Shown here piece after piece: positions 9,673-19,676 of a stretch of 64,000 nt of DNA. The stretch lies in IMG/VR virus record IMGVR_UViG_3300032167_007519, one strand, 5' to 3'. The notes under the pieces were generated by a model. The model saw nothing but the letters and a program-made list of their open reading frames with translations, did no database searches and had not been told where the DNA came from. The stretch comes from a virus (Duplodnaviria; Heunggongvirae; Uroviricota; Caudoviricetes). Numbering within the stretch: position 1 is the first letter of the stretch; every line of letters begins with the position of its first letter. The translations under genes and the position numbers were made by a program.

Positions 9673-10065
9673 TTACCTCCGTAAAATATCTGGATTCTCT
9701 CCTAAAAGGCCTTGTTCTGCAACGAATTCATCATAAGCAGATGCTTTGTCTAATGCTTCACGAAATTCTTCTACGGTTCCAAGACAGGCGTATTTTCCAA
9801 GTTCAACATCTAATCCACCTATTTTTTCAAGAATTTGTATAGGAGTTCCTAAGAATTCATATTGTTCTAGTATTTGTTTCGAACTCTGTAACTCTTTGAG
9901 AGCTTTGATGCCTAGCTTGAGAGCCATATCATAATCACTATCATGATTGTCTTCTACCATTCCGATAAGATTATCCAGTAATTCAATAGCTTCAGGGATT
10001 TGCATACTATTTATTTTATCGGTCATAGAGTCTTTTGTATTTTTAATATCTAGAATAAGCTGCAT
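9673..10065 (-). CDS. Hypothetical protein (130 aa)
   Basis: Tiling ORF. Its C-terminal CGG AGG TAA doubles as the SD for the next gene. Confidence 0.5.
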   Translation of the reverse strand: MQLILDIKNTKDSMTDKINSMQIPEAIELLDNLIGMVEDNHDSDYDMALKLGIKALKELQSSKQILEQYEFLGTPIQILEKIGGLDVELGKYACLGTVEEFREALDKASAYDEFVAEQGLLGENPDILRR

Positions 10066-10080
10066 AAATACCTCTAATAG

Positions 10081-10377
10081 TCATCTTGTAAATTCTTTGT
10101 AATAATCTTTTGAACGCAATTCTGTAATATACGATATAGCTTCTGGAAGATATTTGAGAATATATTCTTCTGTCATATCTTCTAAAAAAGAGGATATCCA
10201 TTGAAGATTTTTAATATGTAGCTCTTCTGCTGTGTCAATATTTTTAGCAACAATTGTATTATGAAAAGAATTATCGGCATGAATCGGATTGTTATCATTA
10301 AAAGTCATATAACAAGTAATCCAAAAATTGCTCTCTCGTTCATACTCTTTATCTTCTGAATGGTACATATTTATCAT
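10081..10377 (-). CDS. Hypothetical protein (98 aa)
   Basis: Tiling ORF. Confidence 0.5.
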   Translation of the reverse strand: MINMYHSEDKEYERESNFWITCYMTFNDNNPIHADNSFHNTIVAKNIDTAEELHIKNLQWISSFLEDMTEEYILKYLPEAISYITELRSKDYYKEFTR

Positions 10378-10428
10378 AATGGTTTTTCCTTTCTTATAAA
10401 GTTATCTATGCCGGGTTTATTCATAAAA

Positions 10429-10704
10429 TCACCTCCGTAGATTAGATTTCTGTTTTAAAAAAGCTTCGTAAGCATCATGTGCTTTTTCAGGGGTTGTAAA
10501 AAACCTTCCATCTTCTTTGTCAATACTGTATTCATGCATCGGATAATAGCCTGAACTTTGAGAAAAACTATCTGAATGAACCGTATATAAAATTCCATCC
10601 GGATAAAATTCATGATTTTTAACAAATTGCATTGCAATTATAGTATATGAAGCCTCAGATTCTTCATAGTCTATGTAATAAATTTTTGAACCTTTATTAA
10701 GCAT
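10429..10704 (-). CDS. Hypothetical protein (91 aa)
   Basis: Tiling ORF. Confidence 0.5.
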   Translation of the reverse strand: MLNKGSKIYYIDYEESEASYTIIAMQFVKNHEFYPDGILYTVHSDSFSQSSGYYPMHEYSIDKEDGRFFTTPEKAHDAYEAFLKQKSNLRR

Positions 10705-10710
10705 AATACG

Positions 10711-11040
10711 TTACCGTCCTTGTTGTTCTGCATAATAATCTTTTGATAACTGCAGTTCGTCCATATACTCCTGATAAGCATCTCGAATATTAAATTCTAT
10801 ATCTTCTGGATAAGCACAATCTTGTTCTAATGCATTTTTAACTTCTTTAATGAATTCCAATGCCGCACGTAATTCAGAAGGAGAACCAAGTTCTTTATAT
10901 TGGTCTACTAGATTTACACAGTCAATGGCGATATCTAATGCTTTAGTTTCTGCATTAGGACTCCAGCCATCTCCTTGTTCAGGGAGACCGCAATTTCTTT
11001 TTGTGTATTCCAAAGTTTTTATAATGTTTTCTTTTGTCAT
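10711..11040 (-). CDS. Hypothetical protein (109 aa)
   Basis: Tiling ORF. Confidence 0.5.
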   Translation of the reverse strand: MTKENIIKTLEYTKRNCGLPEQGDGWSPNAETKALDIAIDCVNLVDQYKELGSPSELRAALEFIKEVKNALEQDCAYPEDIEFNIRDAYQEYMDELQLSKDYYAEQQGR

Positions 11041-11753
11041 TTTTGTATTCCTTCTAATGTTTTATTGAATTCTTCTGTATACTCCAAAGCTTCCGGAATG
11101 TATTGTTTTACGATAGCTTCAAACTCCTCTAATGAACCATGCCAAGTAATAATCGGATACTCTGCAGAACTGTCATCATAAATTGCAACAGCACGATAAA
11201 TATCATTGTTGTTCTTTCTTGTTAAATATGTAGATATAGTTACCGGAAGAATACCGTCTTGCTGACGATGCTTAAAGTTGGACCAAATTTGTCTATCACT
11301 CAGCCCATCAAGAAAATAAAGCATTTTATAAGTATATTCTGGCATTGTATACATAGTTTCCAAAGTGTCTATAAGCTCGTTAAAACGATTCTGTAGCTTT
11401 TTCATTTCTTCAAGTTCTATTTGGTCTGCCTTATCTTGAATTTTGAGTTCTTCTTGTTCTAGAAATTCAAACATTTTTTGTAATGGATACATTTTCTTTC
11501 GGATTGTCGTCTGCAAGAGGGAAATAGCTTTTAAAGGATTATCTTCCAATAAACATACTGACAGATATCGATTATCAACTTTTTCAATTTCTTTAGTCTT
11601 TATGCCATATGTGTACGGTTCTGGCATAGGACTCCATCCAACTTTTTCGTATACATCTCCGTTAAAATTATCATGACGGAAGGTAACCTCATATTCTTTT
11701 TGAATTAAACCTTCATTTGGAGAAATGCAATAATAATATAATTTTTGTTCCAT
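11037..11753 (-). CDS. Hypothetical protein (238 aa)
   Basis: Tiling ORF. Confidence 0.5.
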   Translation of the reverse strand: MEQKLYYYCISPNEGLIQKEYEVTFRHDNFNGDVYEKVGWSPMPEPYTYGIKTKEIEKVDNRYLSVCLLEDNPLKAISLLQTTIRKKMYPLQKMFEFLEQEELKIQDKADQIELEEMKKLQNRFNELIDTLETMYTMPEYTYKMLYFLDGLSDRQIWSNFKHRQQDGILPVTISTYLTRKNNNDIYRAVAIYDDSSAEYPIITWHGSLEEFEAIVKQYIPEALEYTEEFNKTLEGIQK

Positions 11754-11768
11754 AAATCATAAAGCTCC

Positions 11769-12026
11769 TTACCTGTAAAAAGAATCGTTAAAAGAATTGT
11801 GTTCCGTTTCTGTTTGTGAATTTTCTTCTTGAAAAACTATTTTGGAAATATCTCCAATCAATCTTTCTGCAGTAGAAATTTCTTCTGCCAGATGTGCATC
11901 GGTACAAAAATCCCATTGTTCATCTTCATTTACTTTTTTGATAATCATTAAAGATTGTCCAAGCAAACTGTTTATGGAGCGTAAAGCTTTTAGTGTATTG
12001 TCTTTGTCTATAATGTGTCCTGCCAT
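11769..12026 (-). CDS. Hypothetical protein (85 aa)
   Basis: Tiling ORF. Confidence 0.45.
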   Translation of the reverse strand: MAGHIIDKDNTLKALRSINSLLGQSLMIIKKVNEDEQWDFCTDAHLAEEISTAERLIGDISKIVFQEENSQTETEHNSFNDSFYR

Positions 12027-12037
12027 ATATAAACTCC

Positions 12038-12787
12038 TTATCTTGAAAATATTGGTGGATTCATTTTTTGTTGGTTTCTTTTTTCTAACATTTTTTGTGC
12101 ATCTGATTCATTTAGGAAGACTACTTTATCAAAGTCATCAGTTTCGAATTCATACTCTTCAACGGGGTCTCCATAAGAATCATAAAGGCAACAATTATAT
12201 TGATATATTGGACCTTTCACACCTTTTGAAATTATTATTCCGGTAACATCTAATAGAAAGACTTGATTATAAAATTCGTCCATAAAATGAACATGGTCTC
12301 CAATATTACATTTTGGAAGAAACGAGGAAGACTCTTTCATTGAAGTTGTTATTTGTTCTACTTTGCAGATGGCATAATCTAAGCCTTCTACTTTGCCTTC
12401 ATAACGATAATATTCTGCATCGCTATCGGTTCCAATAGGGTTTGCATATATAGTTCTTTCGCTCTTTAAGTTCTCTAATAAATCCTGAAAAACTTGTAAA
12501 TCAACAGGCGTGGTTGCCTGAGACATGGAGACATAATCTTCTTCAAACTGTTTTTTAGGAACAGCTTTAAGAAAAGAACCAGTTTCGGAAAAAATAAGAT
12601 AATTGTTTTCGTATATTCTCTGAATTCCATGACCCGGAACGGCAAGAGAAAAATAACAAGCTCCATCCGGTCTTCTTTCAATGGTAAAATCAAAAGCATT
12701 TCCTTTTGTCATCTTCCGAATTTCATCAAAATTATCTCTCGTAAATAAAATGGCGTTTGTTTTAGAATCTTTGCGAAAATATTCCAT
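12038..12787 (-). CDS. Hypothetical protein (249 aa)
   Basis: Tiling ORF. Confidence 0.5.
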   Translation of the reverse strand: MEYFRKDSKTNAILFTRDNFDEIRKMTKGNAFDFTIERRPDGACYFSLAVPGHGIQRIYENNYLIFSETGSFLKAVPKKQFEEDYVSMSQATTPVDLQVFQDLLENLKSERTIYANPIGTDSDAEYYRYEGKVEGLDYAICKVEQITTSMKESSSFLPKCNIGDHVHFMDEFYNQVFLLDVTGIIISKGVKGPIYQYNCCLYDSYGDPVEEYEFETDDFDKVVFLNESDAQKMLEKRNQQKMNPPIFSR

Positions 12788-12821
12788 AAAAACCTCTTTC
12801 TAAAGCACTTGAAAATACGTT

Positions 12822-13931
12822 TTATAAAGGCATTGTTGAAAAATTAGAAACAGAAGCTAAAGAAGCATTTTTATAAGAATTATCTTCTGTTACCTCTTTA
12901 ATAATTTTGATTTGTTCTGGAAATGAAATACTTTGATTTTCATCACTTAATTCAATTTCCATAATTGCTTTCTTTTTCCAGAAAGGATAGGTATCAATTT
13001 CAAAATATTGATTTTCATGAGTTAAACAATATCTCGTTTTTCTAATTGGTCTTTTTTCTGGGTCTGCGTCCATTAGTAGTTCTAAATATTCTTCTTTAGA
13101 AATTCTACGTTCTGTTTCAATCCGTTTTATATCAGAAATTTTTTTCTTTGTAGTTTGAGAATAGGTATAATGCCCGTTAATACCTCTCTGTCGAATGCGA
13201 GATTCTTCTCCTTCTGGAGCATTTAAATATGTTTGTATTATTTCTACTCGTTGACAATTTGGATTTTGTTCTAACCAGTCTAAATCAGGGTATTCAATCA
13301 AAAACTTACGTTCAATTTCCAATGGTTCTGGTTCTCCTAAAAAGGAGGAAATTTCAGCAATTGTTCTTCTCATTTTCTCAGAAAAATCTGTTGAGTTATC
13401 AATAACTCTTAAATGAGGATGTCCAGTCCATGCAGAAACTAATTTTGCATCAGCCTCAATAGCTTCTTCCGTGGTTTCTCTTCTTGCGGCATTATTTTCT
13501 AAGGTATAAAACTCTTCCGCACCTTTGGCAGCAGTCACTAAATGAAATACCGCATCATATTCATCACGAAGTTCTACTTCATTTTTATTAAGATTTTTTA
13601 AGACTTGCTTAAATTGTTCTTCTGTAACAAAAGCCTTTCCATCTAAAGCACCTCTATCACAAATAATAAGGACTTTATCACAATCCATTTTTTTAGCAGC
13701 TTCTTCAAAGATATGCTCTTTTTCTAACTGAAGACGCATAATATAGGTCTGAAAGTCTACAATATCTTGACAAGTAGTTCCGGAAATACCTCCTAGAATT
13801 AGCTCAGTTGCTGTTTCAGGAACAAATAAAACTCGATATCCTTTATTTTCAAATTCGGTTTGAACTAAACTCATTGAGGTTGATTTCCCGGCACATGGGC
13901 CACCTGTTAATACGATTTTTGATATTTTCAT
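12822..13931 (-). CDS. P-loop NTPase/kinase (AAA_28, NadR-kinase-like) fused to a C-terminal CYTH (triphosphate tunnel metalloenzyme) domain
   Basis: N-terminal Walker A LTGGPCAGKSTS. The C-terminal domain opens with EIERKF, the ExExK CYTH signature, followed by basic/acidic residues typical of CYTH. Confidence 0.6.
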   Translation of the reverse strand: MKISKIVLTGGPCAGKSTSMSLVQTEFENKGYRVLFVPETATELILGGISGTTCQDIVDFQTYIMRLQLEKEHIFEEAAKKMDCDKVLIICDRGALDGKAFVTEEQFKQVLKNLNKNEVELRDEYDAVFHLVTAAKGAEEFYTLENNAARRETTEEAIEADAKLVSAWTGHPHLRVIDNSTDFSEKMRRTIAEISSFLGEPEPLEIERKFLIEYPDLDWLEQNPNCQRVEIIQTYLNAPEGEESRIRQRGINGHYTYSQTTKKKISDIKRIETERRISKEEYLELLMDADPEKRPIRKTRYCLTHENQYFEIDTYPFWKKKAIMEIELSDENQSISFPEQIKIIKEVTEDNSYKNASLASVSNFSTMPL

Positions 13932-13941
13932 AGTGAAAACC

Positions 13942-14325
13942 TTATCTTGAAATTTCTTTTGGGGAAGAATTAGTTAGTTCTTCCTGTTTTCTAAGATATT
14001 CTAAATAAGCATCTATAGCTGCCTCATCTCTATCCTGAGAATGAGAATGTTGTAAAGCTTGCTGTAAATTTTTTGCCAATTCTAAAGCATTTTGAAGTTC
14101 TTCTACAGTTCCTAATTTTTGATATTCTTCTAATAGCAATTGGTCATCATTTGATAAAGAAGGGATATAAGAAACTATTTCCTGCTTCAATTGCTTGAAT
14201 AAATTTTGCACTGCTTTTTTACTTATTGCAGGTTTTTCATCTACCCATGCCAAATGCACGGATAAATTATTTAATTTTTGTTCGTATTTAGCTATAATAT
14301 TTAAAATTGGATGATTAGAATTCAT
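13942..14325 (-). CDS. Hypothetical protein (127 aa)
   Basis: Tiling ORF. Confidence 0.5.
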   Translation of the reverse strand: MNSNHPILNIIAKYEQKLNNLSVHLAWVDEKPAISKKAVQNLFKQLKQEIVSYIPSLSNDDQLLLEEYQKLGTVEELQNALELAKNLQQALQHSHSQDRDEAAIDAYLEYLRKQEELTNSSPKEISR

Positions 14326-14338
14326 AAGGTATTCCTCC

Positions 14339-14626
14339 TTATCTTGTTAGGGATAAACTATTAGAGGTTAAGTCTAAAATATCTTCGCCTTCTGCTTCTA
14401 AAAGTTTTCTATCAAGGGTTGTGAGTTGATAGATTTGACCAATATCTTCACAATCATAAGTGTCTAGAGCTTCTTGGACTAGATAATGTTCTTTAATTTT
14501 CCAAGAAGATACTTGTGTTAAATCTTCATCACTTAATGCAAAAACAGTGTTTCCACGTTCCGGAACATTATCTTCGTTATAATAAATAAGTGGAATTCCA
14601 TAAAGTTGTAAGCTATCTTTGGGCAT
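14339..14626 (-). CDS. Hypothetical protein (95 aa)
   Basis: Tiling ORF. Confidence 0.5.
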   Translation of the reverse strand: MPKDSLQLYGIPLIYYNEDNVPERGNTVFALSDEDLTQVSSWKIKEHYLVQEALDTYDCEDIGQIYQLTTLDRKLLEAEGEDILDLTSNSLSLTR

Positions 14627-14683
14627 ATTTAATTCCTTTTGTTTTGAAAATACTGGATATAAATAATTAACCTTGATTTTTGA

Positions 14684-14959
14684 TTAGATGGAAAAATTAT
14701 AGACAGAGTTAGAAAAATCATCTTCTTCCTCTTCTTCTTTTTTCGCTTCTTTTAATTCCGGATGTAAATCAATGATTTTTCCATATTCTGTGTGAAGACT
14801 GCCTAAACTTCTTGCTTGAAGGTCTGTTTTAATTATTGACATTGGAAAATCTTCAGCGGTTATTTTTTCCCAAAGAGTCTGAATGGCATCTTTAGCATCT
14901 TTAGCAGATACAATAAAGGAATAGTCGGTATTTTTAATAGTAAGTAAATAATCTTTCAT
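14684..14959 (-). CDS. Hypothetical acidic protein (91 aa)
   Basis: Tiling ORF. Confidence 0.5.
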   Translation of the reverse strand: MKDYLLTIKNTDYSFIVSAKDAKDAIQTLWEKITAEDFPMSIIKTDLQARSLGSLHTEYGKIIDLHPELKEAKKEEEEEDDFSNSVYNFSI

Positions 14960-14972
14960 ATAGCCTCCTTTA

Positions 14973-15431
14973 TTATCTGGAAAGTGATTGTGTTTTGTAT
15001 TGATTTAAAGACTCTTGATTTAATTCGTCTCTTTTGGCAAAAGCTTCTTCAGAGGAGAAAAATACAAGTTCGTGGAATCTGTCAGTTCCTACCACACAGC
15101 TTCTTGGTGTTGCTTCTTTTGTTCTCATCCAAACTTCATCTTTTTTGTTACGAGAAATAAGGGATTCTACTCTAGATTCTACAACATCCCATGTTTGGAA
15201 TTTACCGTCGGGATAATCAATGGTTTGTGTTACTATTAGATTCCAAACAGTATCTCCTGCTTTACAAGGGAAAATTTTTAAATGGCCGGATTCTTCTAAC
15301 TCTTTATATCGATTTAATTCTTCTTGTATTTTTTCAATATAACGTTGTTCGGATATGTCTAATTTATTTGCAAATGTAAAAATAGAACGTTTACTCATAA
15401 AGGATTCCTTATCTTGAAAATACTGTTTCAT
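14973..15431 (-). CDS. Hypothetical protein (152 aa), paralog of 15409..15840
   Basis: Shares IFTFANKLD...E..L..Y..LEE......P.C.GD with its neighbour. Confidence 0.55.
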   Translation of the reverse strand: MKQYFQDKESFMSKRSIFTFANKLDISEQRYIEKIQEELNRYKELEESGHLKIFPCKAGDTVWNLIVTQTIDYPDGKFQTWDVVESRVESLISRNKKDEVWMRTKEATPRSCVVGTDRFHELVFFSSEEAFAKRDELNQESLNQYKTQSLSR

Positions 15432-15840
15432 TTTGTTGATTCTCTTCTTCTAAACCATTCATCGCATTTAGTGTGTTTTTACGAGCTGTAGCTGCTTCTA
15501 AAGTAAGGAAAACAGTGTTACCAAATTCTTTAAAATTGATACGATTATCCTCTGTATCTATTACGTAATTTTGATAACGACTTAATTCAATGCTTTGAAC
15601 AATAATTTCTTTTATGTCATAATGAACGTTATTTCCTTTTTTAGCTCTTACGGAAACAATTTCATATAACTTATCACCACAAGCACATGGTAAAGTGGCT
15701 AATCTATTTTGTTCTTCTAATGATTCATACTTTTTTAAACGTTCTTGGACTTTCGTTACATAAGCTTGTTCGGTTTTATCTAACTTGTTTGCGAACGTAA
15801 ATATTGTATTAACTAATTTTTTCATAGAATTAACTTTCAA
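15409..15840 (-). CDS. Hypothetical protein (143 aa), paralog of 14973..15431
   Basis: Tandem duplicate with a conserved N-terminal half. Confidence 0.55.
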   Translation of the reverse strand: MKVNSMKKLVNTIFTFANKLDKTEQAYVTKVQERLKKYESLEEQNRLATLPCACGDKLYEIVSVRAKKGNNVHYDIKEIIVQSIELSRYQNYVIDTEDNRINFKEFGNTVFLTLEAATARKNTLNAMNGLEEENQQNETVFSR

Positions 15841-15923
15841 ATTGAAAACACTATAACTTCATAGTTCCAGAAGACACCCTGACGCCAATCAGAGTGCTCT
15901 GGAATAGAAGTGTTTAATAATTA

Positions 15924-16439
15924 TTACATCGTTAATGCTGGAGCTTGTTCCTGCTCCTCTTCAGATTTTTCTCTTTCTTCCGCCTCTTCCATAATCCGGT
16001 AATATTCGCTGGCTTTCATCGGAATACAAAAATCCGGCAATGAGATTTCAGAATTTGTTTCTATTTTTCCGTACAAAGTATCGTCAATGTGGAATAATTG
16101 CTCGGACCAACGACCATATACACTGACATGATAACCAACCATAGGTTTATGGATAAGGTTTACGTCAGTCATTCTGTCTCGCCAAGCTTTACTTACTTCA
16201 GAGTTCTTTTTGAAAGCACCATAATCACTTTTCATTAACTGGTCCTTAAAATTTAGTTTATCTTGTTGCGTAGGAACTATCTGTAATGTGTCTTTTCTTG
16301 GGTAGTATTCCTTGGTTTCTATGCCAAAATCTTCTCTTATAATGCCAAAAGCTCTGTTTATTCTTTTTCTGTCTTCTATCCATGAAAAATAAGTCTGGTA
16401 AAAAGGACTGTCTTTTTGAATTTCGAAGTATTTCTCCAT
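15924..16439 (-). CDS. Hypothetical protein (171 aa)
   Basis: Tiling ORF. Confidence 0.5.
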   Translation of the reverse strand: MEKYFEIQKDSPFYQTYFSWIEDRKRINRAFGIIREDFGIETKEYYPRKDTLQIVPTQQDKLNFKDQLMKSDYGAFKKNSEVSKAWRDRMTDVNLIHKPMVGYHVSVYGRWSEQLFHIDDTLYGKIETNSEISLPDFCIPMKASEYYRIMEEAEEREKSEEEQEQAPALTM

Positions 16440-16456
16440 AAAAATAATCTCCTGTT

Positions 16457-16828
16457 TTATCTTGAAAGTGCTTGATTTTTTTGTAATCCAACTGAGCTAA
16501 AAAGGTTGTGTTTTATATGTATGTCATACATATTTGCCCAATCAGGATGTAATTGTTTCCCCAAAAAAGAGTCTAAGGAAACACCATTGATAATTTTTTG
16601 TAAAGAGCTTCTATTGATATTCTCACAATTCATTGAGATTGCCGGATATTCGTCTTCTAACGTATAAAAGGCAAACCCAAAAACATCTTCATCATAAACT
16701 ATCATACCTTCTAATGTTTTAGTGTCTTCGTTCCAATCATCAGGACAGAGTTCAAATTGGACTACATCTCCACTATATAGCGGAACTTGCTCTTTATCAT
16801 ATCCAACAAGAAAGTTTGGAATAATCAT
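16457..16828 (-). CDS. Hypothetical protein (123 aa)
   Basis: Tiling ORF. Confidence 0.5.
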   Translation of the reverse strand: MIIPNFLVGYDKEQVPLYSGDVVQFELCPDDWNEDTKTLEGMIVYDEDVFGFAFYTLEDEYPAISMNCENINRSSLQKIINGVSLDSFLGKQLHPDWANMYDIHIKHNLFSSVGLQKNQALSR

Positions 16829-16847
16829 TTGTGTTTTCCTCCTTTTT

Positions 16848-17792
16848 CTATTTAGTAAGTTTCAGGTTATAAGCGTCATCAATAGCTGCATATAATTCCT
16901 GTTGTTTACCAAGAACACAAGCAATACTTATTGCATTTCTGGCAATCTGTTCATCAAAAGAACTATTCTCCATATAACTATTCTCTGTATGAGAATATTC
17001 AGATGGCCATTCTGTGCCATTTGGAAAGAATAATGTATGTTGTTCCTCGTAGCCTTGATTGTCGGTGCAATCTTCAAACTGAGTTGTGACAGTATTGTTA
17101 GAAAGTAAATCATACAAGGCATCCACATAAGATTCATCCGGTACCGGAGTTTTTTGTGGTTTTGATGTAGATGCAGAGGTTTGTGATTGAGCGTCTTTGA
17201 TAGCCTTCATTTCTTCTATAGAGAAATCAGAATTGGCATAACTGGTAACATCTTCCCCTTGAGAAACTTGTTTCAAAAGGAACAACTTCTGTTCGTCAGT
17301 AAAAAAATCCCATCCATGGTTAATACATGGAGAAACATCATATCCACATACCAGACATCTACGAATAGCAGCTAATACTTGTTCATTTTCAGAGTCATTT
17401 AAATATGGAGATAAGTCTACTCCTTGATAACAACCTCTGAAATATTCTTTCATAATTCCTTCTGAATAATAAGGTCTTGCTACTGGTTCAATATTGTATC
17501 CATTTTTAAGAGCTTGAGATAAACGCTCTAATTGAGCAACGGTATATTTTGGATTACAGAGAAGAGAAATATCGGTAATGCCAAAACGTTGAACATCTGA
17601 AATTAACTGCATATGTTTTGCTGAAAAATATGGTTGTAAATATGGAATAATGTCACAACCATCTTTATAAGCATCTGCAAGTACTTTTAATTGCATAGAA
17701 TTGAATCTTGAGTTTACTAAATGAGAAATGCCATATCCATTTTCTTTTGCTTGATTTAAAACAGCTAATTGCTGTTCTGTATAAGTATTCAT
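16848..17792 (-). CDS. Tandem ~36-aa repeat protein. Repeat unit G-x-D-[IV]-[ST]-P-[YW]-x-N-P-x-[FY]-x(5)-[ML]-x(2)-[IL]; first of three paralogs.
   Basis: At least six consecutive repeats, e.g. GVDLSPYLNDSENEQVLAAIRRCL and GYDVSPCINHGWDFFTDEQKLFLLKQV. Confidence 0.55.
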   Translation of the reverse strand: MNTYTEQQLAVLNQAKENGYGISHLVNSRFNSMQLKVLADAYKDGCDIIPYLQPYFSAKHMQLISDVQRFGITDISLLCNPKYTVAQLERLSQALKNGYNIEPVARPYYSEGIMKEYFRGCYQGVDLSPYLNDSENEQVLAAIRRCLVCGYDVSPCINHGWDFFTDEQKLFLLKQVSQGEDVTSYANSDFSIEEMKAIKDAQSQTSASTSKPQKTPVPDESYVDALYDLLSNNTVTTQFEDCTDNQGYEEQHTLFFPNGTEWPSEYSHTENSYMENSSFDEQIARNAISIACVLGKQQELYAAIDDAYNLKLTK

Positions 17793-17814
17793 TTTATTGG
17801 TCCTTTCTTTATGC

Positions 17815-18177
17815 TTAGCTCATAAATCGTGGTAAACTATTTGCTCTTGCATATTCATCAACTGCAGCATGAATAACATCAAATCCGTCTGAACAATCTT
17901 CCAGTTGAGAAATGGAAAGATGGTTTAATACTTCAGTCACTGTCTCTTCATCCGTTGGGAAACCTCTATCTTCAAGAACAGATTTAATATCCTCTTCTTG
18001 CCATAGAACAGTTGCAATATAGGAATCACGGTCAATTAAATTGAGACCATCTCGATTATCGTGTTCCATGGCCTTTAACATTTGTTCTAATGCTTCTCGT
18101 AATGGTCTATGCACAGGATTGCCCAGATAATCCATATCTTTTAGACCTGCTTTAATAGCTTCTTTAGAAATAAACAT
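17815..18177 (-). CDS. Hypothetical protein (120 aa)
   Basis: Tiling ORF. Confidence 0.5.
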   Translation of the reverse strand: MFISKEAIKAGLKDMDYLGNPVHRPLREALEQMLKAMEHDNRDGLNLIDRDSYIATVLWQEEDIKSVLEDRGFPTDEETVTEVLNHLSISQLEDCSDGFDVIHAAVDEYARANSLPRFMS

Positions 18178-18203
18178 AATATATTTTACCTTTCTTCGAA
18201 AAA

Positions 18204-18401
18204 TTACATTGTCATAGCTGGAGTTTTAGTTTGGTATTCTGACAAAATTTGCTGAGCAATCTTATCCATTTCTTTTGGATACATTACTTCGTATCCACCT
18301 AGAAAATCAGCATCATATACGTTCCCTTTTACTTTCTTTGCAAAATCGTTTGCTTCTTTTTCTGTAGGGAACCACTCTTTTAAATAACTTTCTTTGTCCA
18401 T
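18204..18401 (-). CDS. Hypothetical protein (65 aa)
   Basis: Tiling ORF ending MTM then ATGTAATTT. Confidence 0.45.
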   Translation of the reverse strand: MDKESYLKEWFPTEKEANDFAKKVKGNVYDADFLGGYEVMYPKEMDKIAQQILSEYQTKTPAMTM

Positions 18402-18424
18402 AGAGAATACCTCTTTATTTGTAA

Positions 18425-18937
18425 TTACATGGTCATTGGAGTTTGAGATTGTTTTTCTTTAGAATCTTTTTCCAGATTTTGTTCGTATTCTTCATTGATG
18501 CCTGTGAAAAATTTATGAGTGTAATCTTCATTTTCTTCATCAGCCCATACTAAAGTTTCAATACCGTCTTGTCTAACAGCAAGTCCATTTAACCACTTAT
18601 ATGGAGCACGAACCATACAGACGTCTTGAACAACAACATTTTCTTGAGTGTCTTTGACAACTACGGATAGTTCTTCTATATCTCCAGAATCACAAACTTC
18701 AGCTTCTAACGCATAGCGTTCATCCTTTAATGGCGTCTGGATTATTTTATAATTATCACTGCCAAACGTTCTGTGATGATTCTCAATCGAAGGCAAACGT
18801 TCTTCGTCTGTAAATTCGGTATAATGTCTTAAATATAAGCCGGAATCTTCTAACCACCCAAAAGCACTTTGAGGGTCTCCGTTTTCTATTTCTTTAAGCT
18901 TAGCTTCATCGACATCAAATGCTGCTATAATTTTCAT
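18425..18937 (-). CDS. Hypothetical protein (170 aa)
   Basis: Tiling ORF. Confidence 0.5.
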   Translation of the reverse strand: MKIIAAFDVDEAKLKEIENGDPQSAFGWLEDSGLYLRHYTEFTDEERLPSIENHHRTFGSDNYKIIQTPLKDERYALEAEVCDSGDIEELSVVVKDTQENVVVQDVCMVRAPYKWLNGLAVRQDGIETLVWADEENEDYTHKFFTGINEEYEQNLEKDSKEKQSQTPMTM

Positions 18938-18966
18938 AAAATACTCCTATCTGGTTGTAAATACAT

Positions 18967-19161
18967 TTAAAATATTGAGATATCACAAATTTGCTCAATT
19001 TTTTGTTCATGTTCCTCTATAAGGAATTTGAGCATACTTGGTTCAATATGGATTTTTACTTTTTTCCAATCTCCCATAGCAAAAGAATCAGAGATTAGAA
19101 CTTCTCCATTATTCATAATAAAACCATCTAACTCAATGGTTTCTTCTTCATTGATTATCAT
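18967..19161 (-). CDS. Hypothetical protein (64 aa)
   Basis: Tiling ORF. Confidence 0.4.
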   Translation of the reverse strand: MIINEEETIELDGFIMNNGEVLISDSFAMGDWKKVKIHIEPSMLKFLIEEHEQKIEQICDISIF

Positions 19162-19295
19162 AAAGTACCTCTATTTTGTAATTACTTGTGATTGAACAAG
19201 TTCATCAAAAAGTATTAGTTGTTCAATATATTCTCTGCCTTCTCCTTTAAATGTTGGAATGTCTAAATCTATTTTCCAACCATTCTAAAGAAAAA

Positions 19296-19655
19296 TTACA
19301 TGGTGAGAGGATAATGAGTATCTTCTTTTAAAGAATCCTCTTTCTGGAGATTAAGAAGTTTTTCATAAGCAGCAGACAGTTCTTCTTTGTAGGTGGTTGC
19401 CACTTCGTCAATTTTTCTGGTACCTATCACTTTGCAATGAGATTTTTCTTTGAGCCAAGGTTTCGTATGGTCAGGTGTGTATTCAAAACTTCCTCTTATA
19501 GAAGATTTCTTTAATCGTTCTGTGAATTCATCAATGGTCTGTTCACGAACATATTGTTTGTACTTTATAATACTCTCATAAAGAAATCGAAGTGATTCTT
19601 TATCTAGATGTTCCAGTTCTTTAATTTTAGCTAAATCATCAATAAGTGGTTGCAT
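19296..19655 (-). CDS. Hypothetical protein (119 aa)
   Basis: Tiling ORF. Confidence 0.5.
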   Translation of the reverse strand: MQPLIDDLAKIKELEHLDKESLRFLYESIIKYKQYVREQTIDEFTERLKKSSIRGSFEYTPDHTKPWLKEKSHCKVIGTRKIDEVATTYKEELSAAYEKLLNLQKEDSLKEDTHYPLTM

Positions 19656-19676
19656 AATAACTCCTTTTTGTTAATA